Positions 8,681 through 17,000 of a stretch of 34,520 nucleotides of DNA are shown here, in pieces. The stretch's first letter is position 1. Each line of letters starts with the position of its first letter. The position numbers and the translations under genes were made by a program. Source of the DNA: Thermoplasmatota archaeon (GTDB lineage Archaea; Thermoplasmatota; Poseidoniia; Poseidoniales; Poseidoniaceae); the NCBI GenBank assembly GCA_036162675.1, contig JAYYBT010000066.1, positions 1 through 34,520 on the forward strand, given 5' to 3'. Below the pieces are notes generated by a model. It was not told where the DNA came from and did no database searches. It saw nothing but the letters and a program-made list of their open reading frames with translations.

Positions 8681-9616
8681 TCAAAGGTCAAGACCACAAT
8701 GCGGGCAAAAGCGTTCACTTGGGCTAACGGGGGCAGAACAGCCTCGACATTGTGGCCCGGTTGTTGCAATTTGTGTGGTGGCGGAGGGTGCTTGTCCCAT
8801 CATGGCCATGCTCTCCAGTGATTCTGAAACCGCAGGAACCTGTTTGATCGAAGAGGGAACTTCAACATCGCTTTTGACCTGTCCCGAGGTGGTCATGACC
8901 GTTTCAATCCCACCAGAATCGCTCATTGACGTCATGTTGACTTCGGAATCGTCGTTGGATTTGTTCAAGCGAAGAGGTGCAACAGGACGTTGAGCGGTGA
9001 CAGGGGCTGATGTGGCCGCTTGGCGCAACCTCGCCTGACGCTCGGCTTCACGGTCGGCACGGCTATCAAAGCCGAAGAGACCGAACAGACCGTCCAGAAA
9101 ACGATCCATTGGGCCCGCCTTTCGCTGGGCACCGATGGTACCAGTGATGACCTCATCGTCTAGACTTGCGCTTCCGGAAACACGAGCATTGGCTTTGACA
9201 ATGTGGTCAGCCTCATTGAGCATGCGAACCTCAACTTTGGCCTCATCGTCCAATTCCATTTCGGGCGCTTCACCAGAAATTTCTGAAATTGAGCGAGACA
9301 GACCCATCTGCGTTTGTTGGTCCATCGTTCCATCAAGCGCAACGTCTCTTGACCAAACACCAGCTTCCTCAGCCTCATAGACGTGCTTGATTTTCCTCAT
9401 GGCTTTGGCACGGTTGTACTCATGGTCTTTGACCACGCCTGAACGACGGTAAACAACCACGCCCAAGAGAATCGCTACGGCGTACCAAGCGTACATGAGC
9501 ATGGGCTCGATGGAAAACATGGACTGCAATGGAGGAAGGGACAGATGGGTCACCCCCATGAGGAGGAGTGGCAGCGCACTCAAACTCCGACTGGTGAGAC
9601 CCTTGTTCTCTGCCAT
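8681..9616 (-). CDS. membrane protein with acidic linker and C-terminal zinc ribbon
   Basis: The track start (9625) is GTG. ATG at 9616 is preceded by AGGTGA (9622..9627) at 5-nt spacing. Two N-terminal hydrophobic helices (LSALPLLLMGVTHL, MLMYAWYAVAILLGVVVY). C-terminal CRGCSAPVSPSERFCPHCG zinc ribbon. Confidence 0.6.
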   Translation of the reverse strand: MAENKGLTSRSLSALPLLLMGVTHLSLPPLQSMFSIEPMLMYAWYAVAILLGVVVYRRSGVVKDHEYNRAKAMRKIKHVYEAEEAGVWSRDVALDGTMDQQTQMGLSRSISEISGEAPEMELDDEAKVEVRMLNEADHIVKANARVSGSASLDDEVITGTIGAQRKAGPMDRFLDGLFGLFGFDSRADREAERQARLRQAATSAPVTAQRPVAPLRLNKSNDDSEVNMTSMSDSGGIETVMTTSGQVKSDVEVPSSIKQVPAVSESLESMAMMGQAPSATTQIATTGPQCRGCSAPVSPSERFCPHCGLDL

Positions 9617-9671
9617 GTGCTTCACCTGTGTGGTCCTTAGAGGCCCTCATGTATCTATTGGCTTCTTGTGT

Positions 9672-10709
9672 TCAGCCACGGTCGTTGGGTAAGCGACCTT
9701 TGCGAAGCAAACCGTCCACAAGACCGAGCGAGAAACTGGTGTGGAGCATCAAGAGGCAAAACGGGACGCCCAACAGAGACGAGGGACGTCGTTGACGAAG
9801 GGCTTCAAGGGCTCCACCGGCCATCAACGCAAGGCCGTAAAGGAGGAGTGGAAACAAGGCCCAGGGCGAGGAAAGGCCGAACAATACGGCGGAGAGCAAC
9901 AGACCTGCGAGCGGCAAAAATTCTTGCCATTTTGCACGCTTAGGATGTTTGAGCAGAACCTTGGTTCTCCAGAAACCATAGCGGTGACCCATCTTCCACC
10001 ACTGCTTGAGCCCGCTTCGCTTGTGCATTTTTACCGTGGTTGCTGGATGGCGATAGAGGTGGTAGCCTGCTTTCAAGAGTCGCATGGAAAGGTCACTGTC
10101 TTGGCTTGTGATGAAGGCTTCATCCCAGCCGCCAACCGCTGAAAGCGCTTCGCGACGATGCATGACAAAAGCAGGTACATTGGTCGGTTCTGCCTTGGTG
10201 AATTGACTGAATTGACCACCGCTCCTCCCGAGGGGAGATGCAAGCGCACCTTCGACCCAATCCCCGATGCGGGTGCGCTCATGCCCGTCTTCAGCAACCC
10301 GAACACCAACACCTGCCAAACGCTCTGGCACCTCGGCTTCGCATGCCTTCCAAGCCAGAAGACGTTGCTCAAGGTGGTCGGCATCAACCGTAGCGTGGCC
10401 GATCATCTCGACCATGAACTCCACGCTCTCGGGCAGCATCGTCAGCGCAAGGTTTCTCGCATGGGGAACCGTTCTTTGGGGGTTCATTTCCAAAACCAAC
10501 CGCGGCCATGCCTCTCCCTGATGTTCGGAGATGAGCCGTTCAACGGCGGCAACCGTTCCGTCCTGTGAACCACCATCAAGGACCAAAATCATGTGTTGGG
10601 AAGCGGGGAGGGATTGATTGAGTAAACTCTTGAGGCACCGTTCGATAAAGCGCTCTTCGTTGAGGACGGGAATGACCGTGGCCAGCACCGGCATCTGGTC
10701 TCCACCCAT
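9672..10709 (-). CDS. family 2 glycosyltransferase with C-terminal transmembrane helices
   Basis: VIPVLNEERFIERCLKSLLNQS...ILVLDGGSQDGT is the GT-A/GT2 N-terminal signature. Hydrophobic C-terminal third (LLSAVLFGLSSPWALFPLLLYGLALMAGGAL). The track start 10784 is TTG. ATGs at 10709 or 10694 (MPVLATVIPV) are more plausible, so the exact start is uncertain. Confidence 0.8.
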   Translation of the reverse strand: MGGDQMPVLATVIPVLNEERFIERCLKSLLNQSLPASQHMILVLDGGSQDGTVAAVERLISEHQGEAWPRLVLEMNPQRTVPHARNLALTMLPESVEFMVEMIGHATVDADHLEQRLLAWKACEAEVPERLAGVGVRVAEDGHERTRIGDWVEGALASPLGRSGGQFSQFTKAEPTNVPAFVMHRREALSAVGGWDEAFITSQDSDLSMRLLKAGYHLYRHPATTVKMHKRSGLKQWWKMGHRYGFWRTKVLLKHPKRAKWQEFLPLAGLLLSAVLFGLSSPWALFPLLLYGLALMAGGALEALRQRRPSSLLGVPFCLLMLHTSFSLGLVDGLLRKGRLPNDRG

Positions 10710-10798
10710 GGGCTCGGCTGAACCGAGGCGGTTTTCACCTCTTCGCCAATCGCGGGTGCGTGCCGCATGTTCTTTGAGGAGCAACCCGTCCCCGATAC

Positions 10799-11314
10799 AT
10801 GGAAGGCTCTCGTCTCCGACTTACGGGTACGGGTGAAGGCTTCGCCACCGTCGTACGCACCACCCTCTCAGGGGCTGATTCCCCACGAAGGATCCTCGAC
10901 GCTCTGCAGCGTATTTTCCCAGATGCGGAAGTTGATATGTTGCCAGACGAGCCTTCGTTTGGTCGCGGCTCAGACCAAACATGGTCCTTTGAAGACCTCT
11001 CCTTAGCGACCTTTCTCAACCAACTTCACGAGCAGCGAATTCTTGACACGGCCTTGGACGCCATGTCGGTCAACATGAAGGAAGAAACGACAACGTTTCA
11101 CATCGCCCGTTTGGCTGCTGTCGCTGGAAAAATTGCCTTCCCCATACCCGGAGACCGTCCCCTTGGAGGCGTGTTTGAAATCAGCATCGCAGGAAAAGGC
11201 CTGGGTGATTGGTTGCAGGCAGCGACATGGCATGCTGGCAGGAGTCAAGTTCCACGCCACATTAACGACGAGCGTTCGATGGATGAAGACGGCGAGTCAT
11301 CTACGTGGATTTGA
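10799..11314 (+). CDS. UPF0201 (COG1931) family archaeal protein, predicted RNA-binding fold
   Basis: 171 aa, ATG at 10799. ILDALQRIFPDAEV and LHEQRILDTALDAM...TTTFHIARLAAVAGKIAF...PLGGVFEISI resemble, from my memory of the family, the conserved blocks of archaeal UPF0201 proteins (FP...RILDTAR...NKQAA..G...F...PLGPI). Needs an HMM check. Confidence 0.6.
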   Translation: MEGSRLRLTGTGEGFATVVRTTLSGADSPRRILDALQRIFPDAEVDMLPDEPSFGRGSDQTWSFEDLSLATFLNQLHEQRILDTALDAMSVNMKEETTTFHIARLAAVAGKIAFPIPGDRPLGGVFEISIAGKGLGDWLQAATWHAGRSQVPRHINDERSMDEDGESSTWI

Positions 11315-12359
11315 TGCTGTCTTGCAAAAAGGCATCCATCTCCCCGTCTCGGCCGGCCCATGAAGGCGGAGATGGCGATGACGCTCCCCTCCACATGGCG
11401 GCATCATGCACCGTTAACGAGGGAACACTATCACGGTTAACCAAGCCACAGGCGATGAGGTGAATCACAAACCCGTCCCCATCTCGTTGACGGTACCAAG
11501 AACCGAGCGGGTGGCGTGGGCTGACCTCAAGGGAAAGCTCTTCTTGCAACTCCCGAGCGATGGCTTCCCTCCAATCCTCACCGGGGTCGCATTTACCTCC
11601 GGGAAATTCCCATTGTCCTGCGTCGGCTTCCTCAGGACTTCGTCGTGTAACGAGATAGCCACCATCCTGCAAGACGGCAGCAGCCACAACATGCACTGGC
11701 TCACCCTGATATGGGCGCAAGAGATGAGCAACGCAAACGTCGACAAAGGCCTCGCCAACTTCAACCGACATGTGTTTCTCGCTGGGTAAATGCAAAAAGA
11801 TGGCCGGTGGAGGTAGCGGGCCATGCGTATCAACCTCACACAAGGCTTTGAGCGTTGCATGGTACGTTTCGTTGCATATGTAGGCACCTGCATCCGTTGA
11901 GAGCGTGTAAGCCATCGGGAAAAGCGCTGGATTCCATACCGTTGTGTCCACCCAACAACCTCGGTCACCTTCTCCATCCAGTGTGGCTCCAACCACATGG
12001 CGACCCGCATTATCGGGCATCCGCATGTTCAGGTGGTCCTGTGCCAATCGCTCAACTCGGGGTACTTCGCACGAATCGCAGAGGCCGACATGAAGAATCG
12101 CGTCCCATCGTTCGCCCTCGTGAAGCCGGCCGGCTGTTCGCTGAGCACCTGTTGAATCAACCGGAAGGACATCAACTTCAACGCTGACCCGAAGAGGTTC
12201 GTTCGTCCAAGGACACGCCAGCGTTCGAGCACCAGCCATGCTTGAAACAACGAGTTGACTGATGTTGGTCTCATGACCTCCAAAGGGCTCAAACCCGGTG
12301 ACGAGCACCTTCATTGTTGAGTCCATGCTCAACAAGAGTCGCACGGGTTTTTGATACAT
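11301..12359 (-). CDS. fusion protein: pyroglutamyl (pyrrolidone-carboxylate) peptidase domain + MutT-type Nudix hydrolase domain
   Basis: N-terminal half: MKVLVTGFEPFGG, PRVERLAQD (Glu), DAGAYICNETYH (Cys) and IFLHLP (His), which is an intact peptidase C15 triad context. C-terminal half: VVAAAVLQDGGYLVTRR...WEFPGGKCDPGEDWREAIARELQEELSL (Nudix box). One uninterrupted ORF. Possible ATG starts at 12359, 12326 or 12314; 12314 gives the canonical MKVLVTGFEPFGG. Confidence 0.8.
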   Translation of the reverse strand: MYQKPVRLLLSMDSTMKVLVTGFEPFGGHETNISQLVVSSMAGARTLACPWTNEPLRVSVEVDVLPVDSTGAQRTAGRLHEGERWDAILHVGLCDSCEVPRVERLAQDHLNMRMPDNAGRHVVGATLDGEGDRGCWVDTTVWNPALFPMAYTLSTDAGAYICNETYHATLKALCEVDTHGPLPPPAIFLHLPSEKHMSVEVGEAFVDVCVAHLLRPYQGEPVHVVAAAVLQDGGYLVTRRSPEEADAGQWEFPGGKCDPGEDWREAIARELQEELSLEVSPRHPLGSWYRQRDGDGFVIHLIACGLVNRDSVPSLTVHDAAMWRGASSPSPPSWAGRDGEMDAFLQDSIKST

Positions 12360-12411
12360 CCTCCCTGTTTGCCTGCGTCATCTTGACAAGGAGTGGAGCA
12401 CACCGCACCTC

Positions 12412-12753
12412 ATGGAAGAGGAGTTGGTGGTGCAGTTCACCCCCGAAACCGAATCCAGCAAGAAAGGCATCCTCCCCGTCCGAATCGTGAAGGAGATTTG
12501 GAGAGAAATCACCTTTGGTGTAGGGACATGGGGTGCCCTACGTCCACTCGTCGCTGCCTTGCTTGCTGCAGTTCCCTTCTTGTTCTTGGGCCAACATTTC
12601 AATCGTCAACACCGACGTGGGTTTGAATGGTCGTTCCTGCAAATACCCCTTGCCTTCACCGTCCTGTTGTGGATTGGTCTCTATCTGTGGTCCATCATCG
12701 ATGCATGGCGAGATGCCGTATCGGCCATGGGACAGGTTCAGGACCAGAGTTGA
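12412..12753 (+). CDS. small two-helix membrane protein
   Basis: 113 aa, ATG at 12412. Two hydrophobic helices (LRPLVAALLAAVPFLFLG and IPLAFTVLLWIGLYLWSII) joined by GQHFNRQHRRG and followed by IDAWRDA. This G-Q-x-[FY]-N ... IDA[WY] hairpin pattern recurs in small prokaryotic membrane proteins of unknown function. Confidence 0.55.
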   Translation: MEEELVVQFTPETESSKKGILPVRIVKEIWREITFGVGTWGALRPLVAALLAAVPFLFLGQHFNRQHRRGFEWSFLQIPLAFTVLLWIGLYLWSIIDAWRDAVSAMGQVQDQS

Positions 12754-13526
12754 TCCCGAATGGCGATGCTGCCATCGGCCAATCCAGCCAAATCGGCGAG
12801 GTCGTCGGCATCAAATTCATTGGGCAATTCGCCGAATATAAAGTTGGAAAGGTCAGCCGATTCAACCGCCCAATACATGACGGATTCATCGTTGTTGGAA
12901 TGACCTGGATGTTCGTCGTCTTCATGGTCAACCGGTGACTGGTAGACCAAATTGACCAAACCGAGCAGATGCCCAACTTCGTGAACAAGAACACTGTTCT
13001 CAACATCCTCAACGGATGGACGACCGAACGGTCCGTCTGCTTCATCAATGGAGTCGCTGAACAAGGCCACGGTTGATGCATCAACAGCGACACCCAGTAC
13101 CGAATCGGTTTCGTAGGTGCCTGCAGGGAACAAGACCTGCCAGTAAAGCGTCGTCCCATCTCGTGGTGATTGGTCTTTGGTCTCCCAACCTTTGTCTCGC
13201 ACATCTTGCGCCGACCATGTACCATCGTGATTGAAGGAGACTTCGGAGTACTTGATGGATATTCCCGACGGTTTGTCACACACCTGCTCCAGCCGGTCGA
13301 CCAGCATATCCGTGCTGCTGGTGAATGGACGGTAACCGGGTTCATGGTCAATCTCGATGACCATGGACGTGTACATGCTGCTGCGAAGACAGGCCAGCGT
13401 AAGTCCGCCTGGCACACCCTTCTTTTCGGGAAGCAAATCAAGCGCCTCATCACCCAAGCAACCCGATAGCCCACATGCGAGCATCATGCTCACGAGCAGA
13501 AAGGTCAGCGGGGCACGCCGTGCCAT
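12738..13526 (-). CDS. secreted lipoprotein, HExxH zinc metalloprotease (metzincin-like)
   Basis: ATG at 13526. Lipobox-like MARRAPLTFLLVSMMLACGLSGC. VLVHEVGHLLGLVN zinc-binding helix, then HEDDEHPGHSNNDESVMY (His-rich stretch plus a Met-turn-like SVMY). The competing same-strand ORF 12695..13474 lacks any such features. Confidence 0.75.
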   Translation of the reverse strand: MARRAPLTFLLVSMMLACGLSGCLGDEALDLLPEKKGVPGGLTLACLRSSMYTSMVIEIDHEPGYRPFTSSTDMLVDRLEQVCDKPSGISIKYSEVSFNHDGTWSAQDVRDKGWETKDQSPRDGTTLYWQVLFPAGTYETDSVLGVAVDASTVALFSDSIDEADGPFGRPSVEDVENSVLVHEVGHLLGLVNLVYQSPVDHEDDEHPGHSNNDESVMYWAVESADLSNFIFGELPNEFDADDLADLAGLADGSIAIRDQLWS

Positions 13527-13562
13527 ACTCAGCGCTTGCAGAGGCGCTTTTTGAATCTCTGC

Positions 13563-14003
13563 CTACCAGTCATCAGGAACATCAAGGGGCGAGAACAGTT
13601 GACCCGGACCCGTTGCTGAAGCGAGTTGTGTGCGAGCGAGGTGTTCCCACTGGCGTAGGGCCAGAAGGGCTTCCACCACCGTCACATCAATCTCGATGAG
13701 GGTGACCCGAATCAGGGTATCGAGAATATCCATGCGCTGCTGGTCGACGATGTCCATGACCTTCTCCAGTGCAAAATTGGATTGAGATGCAGATTCTGGC
13801 ACCTCAACCGGCCATGGAGATTGAACACGCTCATTGACACGTTGGCCGGTCGCTTGCAAATGTTGGTTCAACGTTTCCATGAGTTGATTGATGTGCTTCT
13901 GAAGCACCAACGAGACCTCAACTAAGGGCATGTTGAGTTGCTTGATGAGGTTCACCGTACGCTCCGTCAGCGTCACCAAGCCGTCAACTGAATCGCTGGA
14001 CAT
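13563..14003 (-). CDS. cytoplasmic coiled-coil protein, unknown function
   Basis: ATG at 14003 lies 11 nt after the stop of the upstream giant gene. The track start 14078 would overlap that gene by 64 nt. 146 aa, heptad-like helices (TVNLIKQLNMPLVEVSLVLQKHINQLMETLNQHLQATGQ). No TM or signal peptide. Confidence 0.5.
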   Translation of the reverse strand: MSSDSVDGLVTLTERTVNLIKQLNMPLVEVSLVLQKHINQLMETLNQHLQATGQRVNERVQSPWPVEVPESASQSNFALEKVMDIVDQQRMDILDTLIRVTLIEIDVTVVEALLALRQWEHLARTQLASATGPGQLFSPLDVPDDW

Positions 14004-14014
14004 GCGAGGCACAC

Positions 14015-17000
14015 TCACTTCTTGGAAAGTGCATCGATGTATTGCCAACCGTACGAGTTCCACTGTTCCTGGGTCCATCCGTCAGGAAGACCGGTGGGCG
14101 GAACGGGCGCAGGCTTTGTTCGGTCTGGACCACTGGGGGGCGGTGGAACTGGGCTGGCCGCAGTTGGTGCGGGAGGTACGGGGCTCACCGAGCCCGGTGG
14201 TGGTGGAATGGGTCCCGTCGGTGCGGGCGGTTGCGCGAGTTCAGGGACAGCCTTGCCGGACTTCATCTCTTCAGCCACCACATCGGTCTGGTCTGCGAGT
14301 TCTTCCTCTGATTCGGGAGCGAGCATGCGACGGCGCAGGACCATGGCGTAGAGACCGAAGGAAACCGAAGCAAGCGCGATGATGAAGAGCGACACGCTAA
14401 ACACGTCTGTGGAAAGTTGTTGCGTGAGTGCCTCGCCATCTCGTACCGTCTCTTCCTTGATGAGCAATGAATCAACGGTGTGGCGATCCATTTCAACACC
14501 GTCGACCAACACCAGAACACGGTATTCAATGCTTGAGCCAACAGGGCCGTCAGCGGTCACAGGCAGGGAGGCGGTGAGCGGGTTGCCAGCAGTGGCCTGA
14601 AGCTCAACCGAAGTGACCGTTGACCAAAAGCCACCATCAACAAGTTCCTGGAGCGCAAAGGTAACATCACCGTTGCCACCGAGATTATTGGTGTTGACCA
14701 CCATCTTCGAGGTGTCACCCACATAGGGGCTTGGCACATCCCATTGCATGCTTGTGGACGGGTCTTGTAGGTCAACGCGAGGTCCGACCAGGGCCAGAGG
14801 CCACGACGCAAAGGGTTCACTCATGGAATTTGAGTCCGTATCATAGGGGTTGCCTGCTTCGTCGGAACCTGAAACCCAGACATCAACGGCATAGGAAGGC
14901 AACAAGGTCGTCGCACCGGAATCGGTTAGGTCGAGGGACCCGCTCCAGAAATACTGCTGGCCGAAGGGCGTGATGTCGGGCAAGAGCACGCTGCCTCGAG
15001 AAATTTCGGCTTCCCCTGCTTTGACCCGGTAGTGGAGGACGGCTGCCTCGCCTGTATCGAAGCCGTTCTCATCGTTGGTGATGAGGATGACCTCGAGGTT
15101 GCTGGCATCTCCGATGGAGAGAGGGGAGCCTTGAGGCACACCGTTGAGTGAGATGCTGTCAATGGTCGGCCGAGCGCTGTCAACCGCCAAGCGAACCCTC
15201 GGTGAGAACGCTGTTTCGTCAAGGGCGAATCCAGGCATATCGTCCATGCTCAACCGCAGGTCAAGACGGCCCGAGCGAACCGATGGAACGAGCAGGTCCA
15301 GACTGAATTCACCGTCTTCTCGGGTTGAGGTGCGCCAATTGTTCTCGTAGTCTCCGAAGACGACATCAAACGAGCCAGGCGGCGCCGGCGTCTCGTCCTC
15401 AGCAAAGAGAACACGTCCAGAAACACGGAGGGCCTGGCCGGCACCGATGATGGTTTCATAGTTCTCAGAATTGTAGTGATTCTCGCTGTTGCGCAGTTCG
15501 ATGGCTCGAATCTTCCCCGGCTGCGTATCAAACCGGAAGTCGTTGTCCAAACTCCACCAGTTGTCGCCCAGACCTTCCTCAACTTCGAAACAGGGCACAA
15601 CCTCGTTATCGTTACAGGGCATGTCGGTGACCTTGATACGCGGCAGGAAGTGAGCCTCGCCGTCGGTATCGTATGCTTCAGGGAACATCCAGGTCAATTG
15701 GAAGCGAGCCTCGATGATAACCACCGATTCGTTCCCTTCCTCAAGACTGACCGTCGAATAGAGGTTTGACACAGCGATGTTATCCGAACCCGATGTCATG
15801 ACCGCCATTGGTTGGCCATCATCGCCTTCGGCGAGGGAGATGAACAAGGAGGATTCATCGTCATCAAAATCACCAGCAAGCGCGACTTGAACGTATTGAA
15901 TGTCTTGCCATCCATTGGTATCGCTGAGTTTGATTCGGGCGGTGTAAGGAACACCGGGGTGAAGCGGGTCGTAATCGTCGTGGCCGAGAATGGATGAGTT
16001 GGTCAAATCAACCTCGGGTTCGAATTCTTGACGGATATGATAGGTCACCAAATCAGCGTCCCAGTCAGGGAGAACTTCACCGGGACGGTCGCCACAGGTG
16101 ATTGAGGAAACGGGGCAAACAGGACCACGCCCCATCGCGATTTCGTTGTCTTGCTCATCCTCTCCAGAGACATAGAATGAGACACGTTGTTTGTGCAACA
16201 ACATGGAATCATCGATCAGCCCCTCGAAGATGTTGAGGCCACCTGCTCGTGTTTCAGGTGAACCCAAGACGACCAGTTCGTATTCATCTTCATTGGGCAA
16301 GCCATCAAAGTTGTAGTCGGTGCAACCGATGGCTTCGCTGGCCTTGCATCCGACCCAGTAATGGAGATTGAGTTGACGAGGAGGGTCCACTGAATCTTGG
16401 ACGACCACGGAGACGGATTGACCAACGCCGGATGCACCAGCATGGCGTTCTTCACCGTCCATTGGTGTGGCACTCAAAACAAGGGGCGAGTTTCCGTCAA
16501 GAATCAAGCGGATGGAATTGTAATTGGGGTTGGTGAAGGTTGAACCGTTTTCCAAATTCACCGCCTGAACATAGAAGATCATGCCACCCGGTTGGGACTC
16601 AATGGGCGAGGTAAAGGTCATGTTGTAAGCCCCAAAGGCAGGGTTGACTTCTTCGTAGAGGACGACAGGTTCACCCAGTGGGTCACCATCGTAGGTTACG
16701 TTTTGACCAATGATTCGCAGAGAGAAACTCCCCGCAGGAGGCATCAATTGAGAATCTTGGAAGTGGATGGAACCACTGAAACTGAGGTTGAATCCACCTC
16801 GGACCCAATCCATGGGGAAGAGTTGACGGCCCGTTTCTTCCCAAACGCGTAGACCGTCGAGTTGAATGTCGTTTTCGACAACCAGTTCCATTTCTGCGGT
16901 GGTCCATTGATTCACGGCAACACCAAAATCATCTTCCACGGTGATGATAGCCTCTGCACTGCCTTCATCGTTCCAGGACCAGTTGACCTTTGTGGGCATC

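Noticed and set aside
11465-12010. 181-aa alternative-frame ORF inside the peptidase::Nudix gene
   Set aside because: It is nested in another frame of an ORF with two recognisable catalytic domains.
12695-13474. 259-aa ORF competing with the metalloprotease frame
   Set aside because: The 12738..13526 frame carries a lipobox, HExxH and a Met-turn. This frame has none and is Arg/Trp/Pro-rich.
13531-13552. Plus-strand hairpin AGCGC-ttgcagag-GCGCT followed by T5, resembling an intrinsic terminator
   Set aside because: No plus-strand gene ends nearby; the closest stops at 12753. On the coding (minus) strand it reads as A5, not a T-run. The stem is only 5-6 bp. More likely it is a chance palindrome in the 36-nt spacer, or at most a 5'-UTR structure.
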